NCBI GenBank assembly: GCA_964252075.1
Contig: CAXULY010000017.1
Location: forward strand, 36,195-100,194
Origin: an uncultured Deinococcaceae bacterium
GTDB lineage: Bacteria; Deinococcota; Deinococci; Deinococcales; Deinococcaceae
DNA length: 64,000 bases
Direction: 5' to 3'
Position 1 is the first letter of the stretch. Every line of letters begins with the position of its first letter. Shown here piece after piece: positions 35,573 to 44,497 of the stretch. The translations under genes were made by a program, and so were the position numbers. The notes below the pieces were generated by a model that was not told the origin of the DNA, searched no databases, and saw only the letters and a program-made list of their open reading frames with translations.

Positions 35573-36721
35573 ATGCGAAAAGCCATCACGCTCGCCCTCG
35601 CGTTAACTGCGGGCGCCGCCCTCGCCCAGAGCGGCGGTAAGCTCAAGGCCTGCTTCGTGTACGTCGGCCCGACCGGCGACATCGGCTGGACCTACGCGCA
35701 CGACCAGGCCCGCAAGGCCGCCGAGAAGGCCCTGCCGTGGCTGGAAACCAAGTACGTGGAGTCCGTGCCGGAAGGCCAGGCGCTCCCCGTCATTGACCGC
35801 CTCGTGTCCGACAAGTGCCAGGTGATCTTCACCACCAGCTTCGGGTACATGGACGACACCGTCACCGCCGCGAAGAAGTACCCGAACGTGATCTTCGCGC
35901 ACGCCGCCGGGTACAAGCGCGCCCCGAACCTCGCCACGTACATGGCGGACTTCTACCAGGTATTCTACCTGAACGGGCTCGTGGCGGGCGCGCTCACCAA
36001 GAGCGGCAAGGTGGGCTTCGTCGGCACCTATGCCATCCCTGAGCTGAAGCGCCACCTGGACGCCTTCGCGATGGGCGTAAAGGCCGCGAACCCCAAGGCC
36101 ACGGTGAACGTGAAGTGGCTGAACTCCTGGTTCGACCCCGCCAAGACCCGCGAGGCGAGCGAGGCGCTCCTCAGCGAGGGCGCGGACGTGCTGACATCCA
36201 GCGAGGACAGCGCGACGGGCGTGCAGACCGCCGCCGCGAAGAAGGTCCCGACCTTCAGCCACTACAACTCCATGTACAAGTTCTCGCCGGACTACGTGGT
36301 GAGCGGCCACATCGTGCACTGGGACAAGATTTACATCGATTTCCTGACGAAAGTGCACGATGGAAAGTACACAAACAAGAACCTCGCGAACGTGGATTAC
36401 TGGTGGCTGCTGAATAAGGGCGCCGTCGAGATGGGCGCCGACAACGGCCTCGCCCTGAACGCCAAGTACGTCGCGCAGCTCAAGGCCGCGAAAATGACGG
36501 TGGGCGGCAAGACCATGAGCGTGTACGACCGCGTGATGGCGCTCAGCAAGGCCATGGCGAGCGCCAAACCCACCTTCGACCCGTACACCGGCCCCCTCAA
36601 GGACCGCAACGGCGTGCTGCGCGTGCCCGCCGGGAAGACCTCCAGCGTCGGGGACCTGAACAGCATGAGCTGGGTCGCGCCGGGCGTCGTGGGCGACGTG
36701 GCGGACGAACCCAAGAAATAA
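35573..36721 (+). CDS. BMP-family purine/nucleoside-binding protein
   Basis: FVYVGP.GD.GWTYAHD; TSFGYM; SWFDP; signal peptide. Confidence 0.93.
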   Translation: MRKAITLALALTAGAALAQSGGKLKACFVYVGPTGDIGWTYAHDQARKAAEKALPWLETKYVESVPEGQALPVIDRLVSDKCQVIFTTSFGYMDDTVTAAKKYPNVIFAHAAGYKRAPNLATYMADFYQVFYLNGLVAGALTKSGKVGFVGTYAIPELKRHLDAFAMGVKAANPKATVNVKWLNSWFDPAKTREASEALLSEGADVLTSSEDSATGVQTAAAKKVPTFSHYNSMYKFSPDYVVSGHIVHWDKIYIDFLTKVHDGKYTNKNLANVDYWWLLNKGAVEMGADNGLALNAKYVAQLKAAKMTVGGKTMSVYDRVMALSKAMASAKPTFDPYTGPLKDRNGVLRVPAGKTSSVGDLNSMSWVAPGVVGDVADEPKK

Positions 36722-36731
36722 GGCACACTGA

Positions 36732-36759
36732 GGCCGAGGGCAATCACTTGCCCTCGGCC
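36732..36759 (+). terminator. Hairpin after the BMP gene (terminator or mRNA stabiliser)
   Basis: ggccgagggcaa-tcac-ttgccctcggcc. Confidence 0.6.
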
Positions 36760-36769
36760 CCCTCTTCCC

Positions 36770-37270
36770 ATGACCAGCACCGCTGACCTGAACGCCCTCT
36801 CGGACGCCGACTTCGTGTCGGCGCTTGCGGGCATCTACGAGGACTCCCCCTGGGTGCCGCGCGCGGTGCTCGACCAGCGGCCCTTCGCGGACCGCGCCTC
36901 CCTGCAAACTGCCCTGCGTGCCGCCGTGGACGGAGCGGAACACGAGGCGCACCTCGCGCTGCTGCGCGCCCACCCGGAACTCGCGCGGCGCGCGCGGATG
37001 AGCGCGGACAGCGTGCGCGAGCAGGCAGGCGCGGGCCTCGACCAGCTCACACCGGACGAACACGCGCACTTCCTCGCACTGAACGACGCGTACCGCGAGC
37101 GGCATGGCTTCCCATTCATCGTGGCGGTGCGCGGCCTCGACAAGAACAACATCCGCACCGCGCTGGAAACCCGCCTGCACCACACGCCCGAAGAGGAGTT
37201 CCGGACGGCCCTCACGCAGGTGCACCGCATCGCGGCCCTGCGCCTGCACGACCTCATTCAGGAGGACTGA
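36770..37270 (+). CDS. uraD: OHCU decarboxylase
   Basis: YEDSPW; AHPELA; S..EQAGAGL; Y..RHGFPFI. Confidence 0.93.
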   Translation: MTSTADLNALSDADFVSALAGIYEDSPWVPRAVLDQRPFADRASLQTALRAAVDGAEHEAHLALLRAHPELARRARMSADSVREQAGAGLDQLTPDEHAHFLALNDAYRERHGFPFIVAVRGLDKNNIRTALETRLHHTPEEEFRTALTQVHRIAALRLHDLIQED

Positions 37271-37310
37271 CGCGCGAGCGCGCCCGGCCTCCACGAGCAA
37301 AGGGGATGAC

Positions 37311-38189
37311 TTGCTGAGACCTCAACTGGGCCAGCCCGGACGCAGCCACTACGGCAAGGGCGAGACGGTCGTGTACCGCCTGCAGCGCGACTACCAGGTG
37401 CCGCCCGGCGAACTGCCCGTGCTGGGCGCGCGGCTGACCTTGTTCATCTGGGGCGAGGCCTTCTGGCCCACCTACACGAGCGGCGACAACACGAACCTTG
37501 TCGCGACGGACAGCATGAAGAACTTCCTGCAGCGCGAAACCCTAAACTACACTGGGCACAGCCTGGAGGGCCTCGCGCACTTCCTGGTGGAGAAGTTCAT
37601 GGCGACGTACCCGCAGGCGGAGGGCGCCGAGCTGTACGCCGAGCAGATTCCCTTCGAGGCGGTGTCCGGGCAGGGTCCGGGCCTGCGCCCGGCGGGTGGC
37701 CCGTATGCGACGGCGCGCGTGCTGTTCACGCGCGAGGGCGGGCAGCCCAGGCTGAGTGGCTTGGTGTGCGGCCTCGCGGGCTTCGAGCTGCTGCGCCTCT
37801 CCGGGAGCGCCTTCACGGGCTTCGTGCGGGACGGGTACACGACCCTGCCCGAGAACCGCAATCGGCCCCTACGCATGAAGCTGAACGCCGAGTGGACCTT
37901 CACGGACCCGCAGGCGGGCTTGGAAGCGCGCAGCGTGCCCGCCGTGCGCGAGCGCGTGGAGGGGACCTTCGAGGGCTTCACGTCCGGGTCCATTCAGGAG
38001 GTGCTGTACCAGATCGGCACACGCGTCCTGACGGACCTCCCCGTGATCGAGCGGCTGGAGCTGGAGGGGCAGAACCACACCTGGGACGCCGTGACGGAGC
38101 AGGACGAGACGCTGGGGGTGTTCACGATCTCGAAGCCCTTCTACGGGATTCTCGGCCTGAGCCTCACGCGCGCGGACCTGCCCGGCTGA
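37311..38189 (+). CDS. pucL: Urate oxidase (cofactor-independent uricase)
   Basis: YGK; GDN..LVATDSMKN; F.GFVRD.YTTLPE...RPL; SIQ; located between uraD and uraH. Confidence 0.88.
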   Translation: MLRPQLGQPGRSHYGKGETVVYRLQRDYQVPPGELPVLGARLTLFIWGEAFWPTYTSGDNTNLVATDSMKNFLQRETLNYTGHSLEGLAHFLVEKFMATYPQAEGAELYAEQIPFEAVSGQGPGLRPAGGPYATARVLFTREGGQPRLSGLVCGLAGFELLRLSGSAFTGFVRDGYTTLPENRNRPLRMKLNAEWTFTDPQAGLEARSVPAVRERVEGTFEGFTSGSIQEVLYQIGTRVLTDLPVIERLELEGQNHTWDAVTEQDETLGVFTISKPFYGILGLSLTRADLPG

Positions 38190-38542
38190 TGGCGCGGCTC
38201 TCCACGCACGTGCTGGACACCGAGCGGGGTGGCCCGGCGGCGGGCGTGGCGCTCACCCTGCACCGGGTTGAGGGGAGCGCGCGGGTGGAGGTGGCGCGCG
38301 CCGTCACGAACGCGGACGGACGCACGGACGCGCCCCTGCTGTCCGGCGAGGCCATCCCGACGGGCGTGTACGAGCTGACCTTCGGGGCGGGCGCGTACCT
38401 GCGCGCCTCGGGCCGGGCACTGCCCGAACCGGCCTTTCTGGACGAGGTGGTGATCCGCTTCGGCGTGGCGGACGCGGGCGGGCACTACCACGTGCCGCTC
38501 CTGCTGAGCAGTCACGGGTACAGCACCTACCGCGGCAGCTGA
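38189..38542 (+). CDS. uraH: 5-hydroxyisourate hydrolase
   Basis: LSTHVLD; TNADGR; YHVPLL; C-terminal YRGS. Confidence 0.96.
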   Translation: MARLSTHVLDTERGGPAAGVALTLHRVEGSARVEVARAVTNADGRTDAPLLSGEAIPTGVYELTFGAGAYLRASGRALPEPAFLDEVVIRFGVADAGGHYHVPLLLSSHGYSTYRGS

Positions 38543-38734
38543 ACGAATCGCTTGACGGCTGAGGCCGTGTCCCTGATGCTGGGGCATGGCCTTCCCCCCC
38601 TGGTGATCCCGCCAGGCCCACCCCCGTCCTGACACCGCTCAGGGCGGCGCTACTGCATGCACCGGCCTCTCCCCTCCCCAATCCGAACCGCTGACGGTCG
38701 CGTTCGGAGTTTCTGTGAGAGGGGAGTGCGGGTC

Positions 38735-39916
38735 ATGAAACGATGGAAGTACCGCCGCGCCGCGCTGACGTTCGCGGCCACGGCCCTGATGATTGAGGGG
38801 CTGGACGAACTGGTGGATGGGGTGAGTGGCGCCGCGTGGCCGCTGATCCGGGAGGACCTCACGCTGTCGTACGTGCAGATCGGGCTGCTGCTGAGCGCGC
38901 CCGCCCTGCTCGCGAACTTGATCGAGCCGCTGTTCGGGCTGCTCGCGGACCTCGGACGGCGCGGCCCGCTGGTGCGGGCGGGCGGCGTGGTGTACGGCGC
39001 CGCGATGGCCCTGACCGCCGCCGCGACGGGCTTCTGGCCCTTGATGTTCGCGCAGGTGCTGTACCACCCGGCGTCTGGGGCCTTCGTGAGCCTCACGCAG
39101 GCCGCCTGGATGGACGCGGAACCCGAGCGACGCGAGGTGAACATGGCGCGCTGGGTGGTGGCGGGTTCCGTGGGGAACGTGGTGGGGCCGCTCATGGTGG
39201 GCCTCGCGGTGACGCTGGGCCTGGGGTGGCGGCCCGTGTTCGCGCTGATGGCCACGCTGTTTGCAGTGGCGGTGATCGCTTCCTGGCGCGTGACTCCCGC
39301 GACCACGCCCGAGGAGGTCACTCCTGAAGCGCCGCCTCTGCCCATCGCGGCGCGCGACCTGCTAACCGCACTGCGCGTGCCGGACGTGTGGCGCGCCCTG
39401 TGGCTCCTGGAGGCCGCGAACCTCATGATGGACGTGCTGCGCGGCTTCACGGCCCTGTACTTCGTGGATGTGGTGGGCACGGGCGAGGCAGGCGGCGCAC
39501 TCGCGGTGGCGGTGCTGACCGGGGTGGGCCTCGTGGGGGACGCGCTGATGGTGCCGCTGCTGGCCCGCATGCCGGGCGTGCGCTGGCTGCGCCTGAGCGC
39601 CCTGGCGAGCGGCGTGGCCTACCCCGCCCTGCTGCTGCTGCCCCCCGTGGGCGTCAAGCTGGCCCTGCTGGGTTTGCTCGGGCTCCTGACATCCGGGTGG
39701 TACGCGGTGCTGCAGGCGCGCCTGTACGACAGCCTGCCGGGCCGCAGCGGCACCGCGATGGCGCTTGGAAGCATTTCAGGCATCCTGGGCGGCCTCGTAC
39801 CCGTGGCGCTCGGAGCCCTCGCGGAGCGGTTCGGGCTGGGGAACGCGATGTGGGCGCTGCTGCTGGCGCCCGTGGCGCTGCTCGTCACCCTGCCGCGCGG
39901 GCGGGCTAGTACGTGA
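38735..39916 (+). CDS. MFS transporter
   Basis: About 12 hydrophobic segments; G.LAD.GRR motif A. Confidence 0.85.
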   Translation: MKRWKYRRAALTFAATALMIEGLDELVDGVSGAAWPLIREDLTLSYVQIGLLLSAPALLANLIEPLFGLLADLGRRGPLVRAGGVVYGAAMALTAAATGFWPLMFAQVLYHPASGAFVSLTQAAWMDAEPERREVNMARWVVAGSVGNVVGPLMVGLAVTLGLGWRPVFALMATLFAVAVIASWRVTPATTPEEVTPEAPPLPIAARDLLTALRVPDVWRALWLLEAANLMMDVLRGFTALYFVDVVGTGEAGGALAVAVLTGVGLVGDALMVPLLARMPGVRWLRLSALASGVAYPALLLLPPVGVKLALLGLLGLLTSGWYAVLQARLYDSLPGRSGTAMALGSISGILGGLVPVALGALAERFGLGNAMWALLLAPVALLVTLPRGRAST

Positions 39917-40895
39917 GGACCGCGCCGCCCAGGCTGAAGCCCGCGCCCGTGCCCACCAGCAGCACCCGCTCGCCGCGCCGCAGGCGTCCGCCTGCGATGG
40001 CGTGGTGCAGCGTGAGGGGCAGGGACGCCGCCACCACGTTCCCCAGCGTCTCCAGGGTGGTCACCACGCGGTCCTCTGGCCACCCGAAGCGCGAGAGCAG
40101 CTTCAGGCCCGCGAGGCTCGCCTGGTGCGGCACCACCAGATCAATGCCGGGCAGACCCGCGGAGAGGCCCGGCCACAGGCGCTCCAGGAAGGCGGGGGCG
40201 TGCTCGCGCGCCATGCGCAGCACGCGCGGGCCGTCCATCTGGAAGGTGAAGTCCGTCAGCGGCACGTCCGCGTCGTGCGGGCTGCGGTGCGTGCCCCCGC
40301 CAGGAATCTGTGTGTGCCGCGCGCCCTCTGGGTACGTTTCGAGGCGCGCGGCGCGCAGAGCGCTCCCCTCCCCGTCCGGCGTGCGCCCCACCACGACCGC
40401 CGCCGCGCCGTCCCCGATCAGTGTGAAGGCCTCTGGGCTGGCGGGGCTCAGCCCAACCGAACCGACCTCGCTCGACACGATGAGGATGCGTTCCGCCCTT
40501 CCGGTTGCCAGCAGGGACGCGGCGGTGTCGAGCGCCACCAGGAAGCTCAGGCAGGTGGCGTGTACGGAAAAGCCCGGCGTGCCGCTCAAGCCCAGTTCCG
40601 CCGCGATGAAGGCGCTGGTGTCCGGGATGGGTTGCTGCTGCGTGCCGCTCGCGTTCAGGATCAGGTCGAGGTCGGCCGCACGCAGCTCGGCGGCGGCGAG
40701 GGCCGCTTCACTCGCGCGGGCGGCCATGAAGGCGTTCGTCTCGCGCCTCGGGTCCACGCGGCGGCGCTCCCGCACCCCGCTGCGGCGCTCCGCCCACCCG
40801 GCAGGCCAACCGCACGCCGCCTCCGCCTCGGCGCTTGTCACCACGCGCTTTGGCAAATACTGCCCGCTGCCCAGGATTTTGATAGGGAGGTGCAT
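39906..40895 (-). CDS. 3-oxoacyl-ACP synthase III (FabH-like) condensing enzyme
   Basis: Cys-His-Asn triad: ATCLSF, PHQAS, GNVVAAS; GTGAG. Confidence 0.92.
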   Translation of the reverse strand: MHLPIKILGSGQYLPKRVVTSAEAEAACGWPAGWAERRSGVRERRRVDPRRETNAFMAARASEAALAAAELRAADLDLILNASGTQQQPIPDTSAFIAAELGLSGTPGFSVHATCLSFLVALDTAASLLATGRAERILIVSSEVGSVGLSPASPEAFTLIGDGAAAVVVGRTPDGEGSALRAARLETYPEGARHTQIPGGGTHRSPHDADVPLTDFTFQMDGPRVLRMAREHAPAFLERLWPGLSAGLPGIDLVVPHQASLAGLKLLSRFGWPEDRVVTTLETLGNVVAASLPLTLHHAIAGGRLRRGERVLLVGTGAGFSLGGAVLTY

Positions 40896-41127
40896 GTGCC
40901 CTCAGGGTAGCGCTCAAGCTCGGCCACAAAGACCCAGGATGCCGAAGCCACCCATCACCCCCACCCTTTCAGCTCGCCCGAGCGGCGCGAGGGCCAACAC
41001 CAAGGAAGCCTGCCACCCCTACCCGGCAATCGCCTGAGTGCAGCCGTGGGAGGAGTACCACGGGGTAGGGCCGGAAGCTACGCCCCTGCTTGCCCCTCAC
41101 CGCATGCATGCTCAGCGCAGCGTCACT

Positions 41128-41171
41128 CCCCCTTGCCCCCTCTGGGGGTAAGGGGGCTGGGGGGATGGGGG
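41128..41171. repeat. REP-like palindrome overlapping four G-tracts
   Basis: cccccttgccccc-tct-gggggtaaggggg hairpin followed by ctggggggatggggg. Confidence 0.55.
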
Positions 41172-41197
41172 CCACTCGCACCATAAGGCCCTGCCCC

Positions 41198-42322
41198 TCA
41201 CAACCCGCGCCCTTCGATCACAGGCACCACCCACCGCTCCATCAGTTCCCTCAGGGCCGCCCACGCCGCCCGCTGCGCCAAGGGCAGGTGACGCGTGTAC
41301 ACGAGGCTGTACTCCCTCACCGGCACGCCGCCCCGCGCCCGTTTGAACGCCCCCACCCCACCGCTGGCGTTCACGAGCAGCCCGGCGTCACGGGCGCCCT
41401 GCAGGGTGAGGGTGGTCAGGCGGACGTACAGGCCACGGGACCGCTCGGCCTGCGTGTCGTACCCGAATACGGGCTGGGTCAGTACGCCGCCGCGCTGCCA
41501 GCCGCCCGCCACGGCATCCAGCTGCCCATCCAACGTGAGACCCGTGAAGGTGAGGAAGCGCTCGCGGTGCGCGTGCGTGAAGTACCGGTCGGTGAACTGC
41601 GGGTTGTGCGGGGAGTACTTGTGCAGGTAGAGGGCGTCGTACAGTGCTCGGGCGCGGCGCAGCTCGGCGGGACCGAAGACGTCGTGCTGCAGGGGCGTTT
41701 CGGGGGCGCGGCGCAGGCGGCGGGCGTCGTCCTGTAACTGGCGGGCCTGCCAGTAAGCAGTGGGGCGCGGGTCCTGGTAGTGGATGATGCGGCTGAACAC
41801 TGGGCGGTACCCGAGTTGCGCGAGGGCGAAGAGGGTGCCGAGGTTGCGCGCGGCGTCCAGGGAGCGCCAGGCGATGGGGCGGTCCGGGAAGCGGTCGAGC
41901 AGCGTGGCGTGCGCGTTGCGGAGTTGCCGGGGGGTGAGGGGCGCGTGGAGGTTCGTGGAGGCGAGCCAGTTGTTCACGTACACGGCGCGGTCCATGCCCG
42001 CCCGGCTGAGCAGGTCACCGAGGACGGCCAGCGCGCCTTTCACGGTGCGCTCCAACACAGGCTGCTCCAACTTGTGGAGTTCTTCCGCGCCGTACAGAAC
42101 GTAGTGCGTGAGCGGAGACACCACGTAGCTGTCGCCGGGCCGCGCGTCCCAGGTGAGGGGAATAATGGCCTCGCCGTCCGTGAGCACCGCGAGGCGCGCG
42201 TGAATGTTCGCCACGTAGGGCGTCACGCCTTCTAACAGGAGGGGCGTCAGGTACCGGCGGGCGAGGTCGCCGTCTGGAGTGGCGGGCCAGTCCACGTGGC
42301 CGGGGTCAAGGGCGAGCTTCAA
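41198..42322 (-). CDS. GNAT/FemAB-like protein of unknown function
   Basis: NNWLASTNL; Y..KYS.HNPQFT; FGYD; NASGG..FKRARG; TTGA coupling to the upstream gene. Confidence 0.75.
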   Translation of the reverse strand: MKLALDPGHVDWPATPDGDLARRYLTPLLLEGVTPYVANIHARLAVLTDGEAIIPLTWDARPGDSYVVSPLTHYVLYGAEELHKLEQPVLERTVKGALAVLGDLLSRAGMDRAVYVNNWLASTNLHAPLTPRQLRNAHATLLDRFPDRPIAWRSLDAARNLGTLFALAQLGYRPVFSRIIHYQDPRPTAYWQARQLQDDARRLRRAPETPLQHDVFGPAELRRARALYDALYLHKYSPHNPQFTDRYFTHAHRERFLTFTGLTLDGQLDAVAGGWQRGGVLTQPVFGYDTQAERSRGLYVRLTTLTLQGARDAGLLVNASGGVGAFKRARGGVPVREYSLVYTRHLPLAQRAAWAALRELMERWVVPVIEGRGL

Positions 42323-43602
42323 GGGCCGCGCCAGTCGTTCTGCACGCGGCGCAGCTTGCGCGGGCCGGGCGTGAAGGCGTAGGGCGCAAAGGTCACGTGG
42401 ACTTCCGCCACGCCGAGGCGGTCAAGTTCCGCGCGCAGGTGCCGGGTGGCGCGGGTGCGGTGCTCGGGCGTGTCGGGGCGCAGGGCGACCTCCAGGGCGT
42501 CCGGCCCGGTCTGGGTGGCGCGATACTCCTGCAGGGTGTCGTCGCTCATGAGGGCTCGGCGCAGGAAGTCCGGGAAGACTCGCACGCGGGCGTTAGAGTG
42601 TCCGGGCAGGTTCAGTACGTCGTCCGCGCGGCCCTCCACGCGCGCGAGGGCGAGTGCGGGCGAGTCACAGGGGCAGGGCGAGTCGAGAGGCACGAGCAGG
42701 TCGTTCAGGCGGTAGCGGACGATGGGCTGGGTGCGGCGCCGGAAGTCCGTCACGATGGGCTGCACGCGCCCCTCACCCGCGTCCTCGAACTGGAAGGCGA
42801 CGTGCCGTTCGTTCAGGTGCAGGGTGCCGTGCGTGCAGGTGAAGCCCAGCAGGCCCTCCGTCGCCTGGTACACCTGCGCGATGGGCGCGAGACGGGCGCG
42901 GATGAACTGGGCGTCCTGGTCCTCCAGCACCTCCGCGACGGACACCGCGAGGCGCGGCGCGAGGCCGAGGTTCGCTTCCGCCAGCACCCGCAGGGCAGCG
43001 GGCGGCGCGACGATCACGGTGGGGTTCAGGGCGTGCAGGCGCACGAACTGTCCCTCCAGCGGCTGCAGCAGGTCGAAGAACTGAAAGTGCAGGCGGCGGG
43101 AGGCGACGCTGCCGTACAGGTTGCTGTTCGCGCGTAGGAAGAACGCGACGCGCTGCGGGGCGCCGAGGCCGCCGGGCAGCAGGTGGCGCAGGATCACGCC
43201 CGCCCAGCGCAGGCGTTCGGCCCGGCTCACGAGGAAGACCCCGCGCGCGCCGCTGGTGCCGCTGGAGAGGCCGACGGTGAGGCCGCGCCACTCGGGTTGG
43301 AAGTCGCGCTCCCGCTCGCCGCGCTCCGCGATGGCGAGCACGTCGGGGAGGCGGGCGCCCACGGTGTTCAGGTGGTCGAAGTGGCGCATCATGTCGGCCT
43401 TGTCGGTGGTCGGGAAGTGCCGCCAGTCGCGCAGGTCGAGGCCCGCCCAGCGCTCACGGTACAGAGGGCTGTGCGCACGCACCCAGGCGAGGTGGCGGCG
43501 CACCCGCGCGTCCTGCCACGCGAGGAGGGCGGCGCGGTCCCGCTGCGGGGGTCGGGTGGGCTCGCGCAGGTAGTGGGTGAGGACGGTCAGGGCGTCCATC
43601 AT
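42319..43602 (-). CDS. F390-synthetase/PaaK-like adenylate-forming enzyme
   Basis: LSSGTSG loop; QVYQATEG; RYRLND; EGRADD; ATGA coupling to the MBL gene. Confidence 0.88.
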   Translation of the reverse strand: MMDALTVLTHYLREPTRPPQRDRAALLAWQDARVRRHLAWVRAHSPLYRERWAGLDLRDWRHFPTTDKADMMRHFDHLNTVGARLPDVLAIAERGERERDFQPEWRGLTVGLSSGTSGARGVFLVSRAERLRWAGVILRHLLPGGLGAPQRVAFFLRANSNLYGSVASRRLHFQFFDLLQPLEGQFVRLHALNPTVIVAPPAALRVLAEANLGLAPRLAVSVAEVLEDQDAQFIRARLAPIAQVYQATEGLLGFTCTHGTLHLNERHVAFQFEDAGEGRVQPIVTDFRRRTQPIVRYRLNDLLVPLDSPCPCDSPALALARVEGRADDVLNLPGHSNARVRVFPDFLRRALMSDDTLQEYRATQTGPDALEVALRPDTPEHRTRATRHLRAELDRLGVAEVHVTFAPYAFTPGPRKLRRVQNDWRGP

Positions 43603-44417
43603 GGTTGGGGGTCGTGGCTGGCGTGGGCGCGCACGTCCGGGTGGCGGCGCAGGAATTCGCTGAGCAGCCGGAAGCTGCGGCGCTCGGCCTGCGGGTCGCT
43701 GAAGGCGAGGGTGGCGAGGGGGTGCGGGGGTGCGCCTTCGCGCAGGGCGGCGGTGGACCAAGCGCCGTCCGCGAGGAGCAGGGCGCGTCCGGTGGGCGTG
43801 CGGATCACGAGGGCGATCTGGCCGGGCGCGTGACCGGGGATGGGCACGGCCCAGGCACTGCCATCCCCGAAGAGGTCGTGGGCGCGCGTGAAGGGCGCGA
43901 GGTCGGGCGGGGTGGGCTGCCAGTCCTTGTCGCGCAGGGGTTCGGCGCGCAGGTCGAAGTCGGGGGGCAGCAGGTCGGGCAGATACGCGCGGCGCACGGC
44001 GCGCAGACCGGTGAGGCCGCGCAGGGCGAGGTGCGCTTCGGGTGCGAAGCGGAAGGTGGCGTTCGGGAAGTCGCGCAGGCCGCCCACGTGGTCCGCGTGG
44101 AAGTGCGAGACGATCACCTCGCGCACGGCCTCAGGAGAAATCCCCAGGGCCTGGAGGCGCGCGGCGGCGGAGTCCTGCGGCCCAATGCGCATGGGGGTCA
44201 CGAGGGCATACAGGCGGGCGGGCCACGCGCGGCAGAGCGTGGCGACGCGGGGCGCGTAGCCGGTGTCGAACAGCACCGGGCCGCGTGTGGGGTGCTGGAG
44301 CAGCGCGAAGCCCGCTGGGTAGCGCATAGCCCGCCAGGGAGCGCCCCGGCGGGTGATCGCCTCCAGTTGAAGGCAGTGCCCGGCGCTCAGCCAGTGCAGG
44401 TTGAGGGTGGCGGGCAT
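43599..44417 (-). CDS. Metallo-beta-lactamase-fold hydrolase
   Basis: LFDTG; SHFHADH; PGHAPG; ADGAW; SHD. Confidence 0.9.
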   Translation of the reverse strand: MPATLNLHWLSAGHCLQLEAITRRGAPWRAMRYPAGFALLQHPTRGPVLFDTGYAPRVATLCRAWPARLYALVTPMRIGPQDSAAARLQALGISPEAVREVIVSHFHADHVGGLRDFPNATFRFAPEAHLALRGLTGLRAVRRAYLPDLLPPDFDLRAEPLRDKDWQPTPPDLAPFTRAHDLFGDGSAWAVPIPGHAPGQIALVIRTPTGRALLLADGAWSTAALREGAPPHPLATLAFSDPQAERRSFRLLSEFLRRHPDVRAHASHDPQP

Positions 44418-44497
44418 GGGTGCTCTCAGGCTACGACACGGCGGGGGCTGTGAGCCGCGCACCCTTCTTAGTTGATGTATTTTGTACACTATATTTC

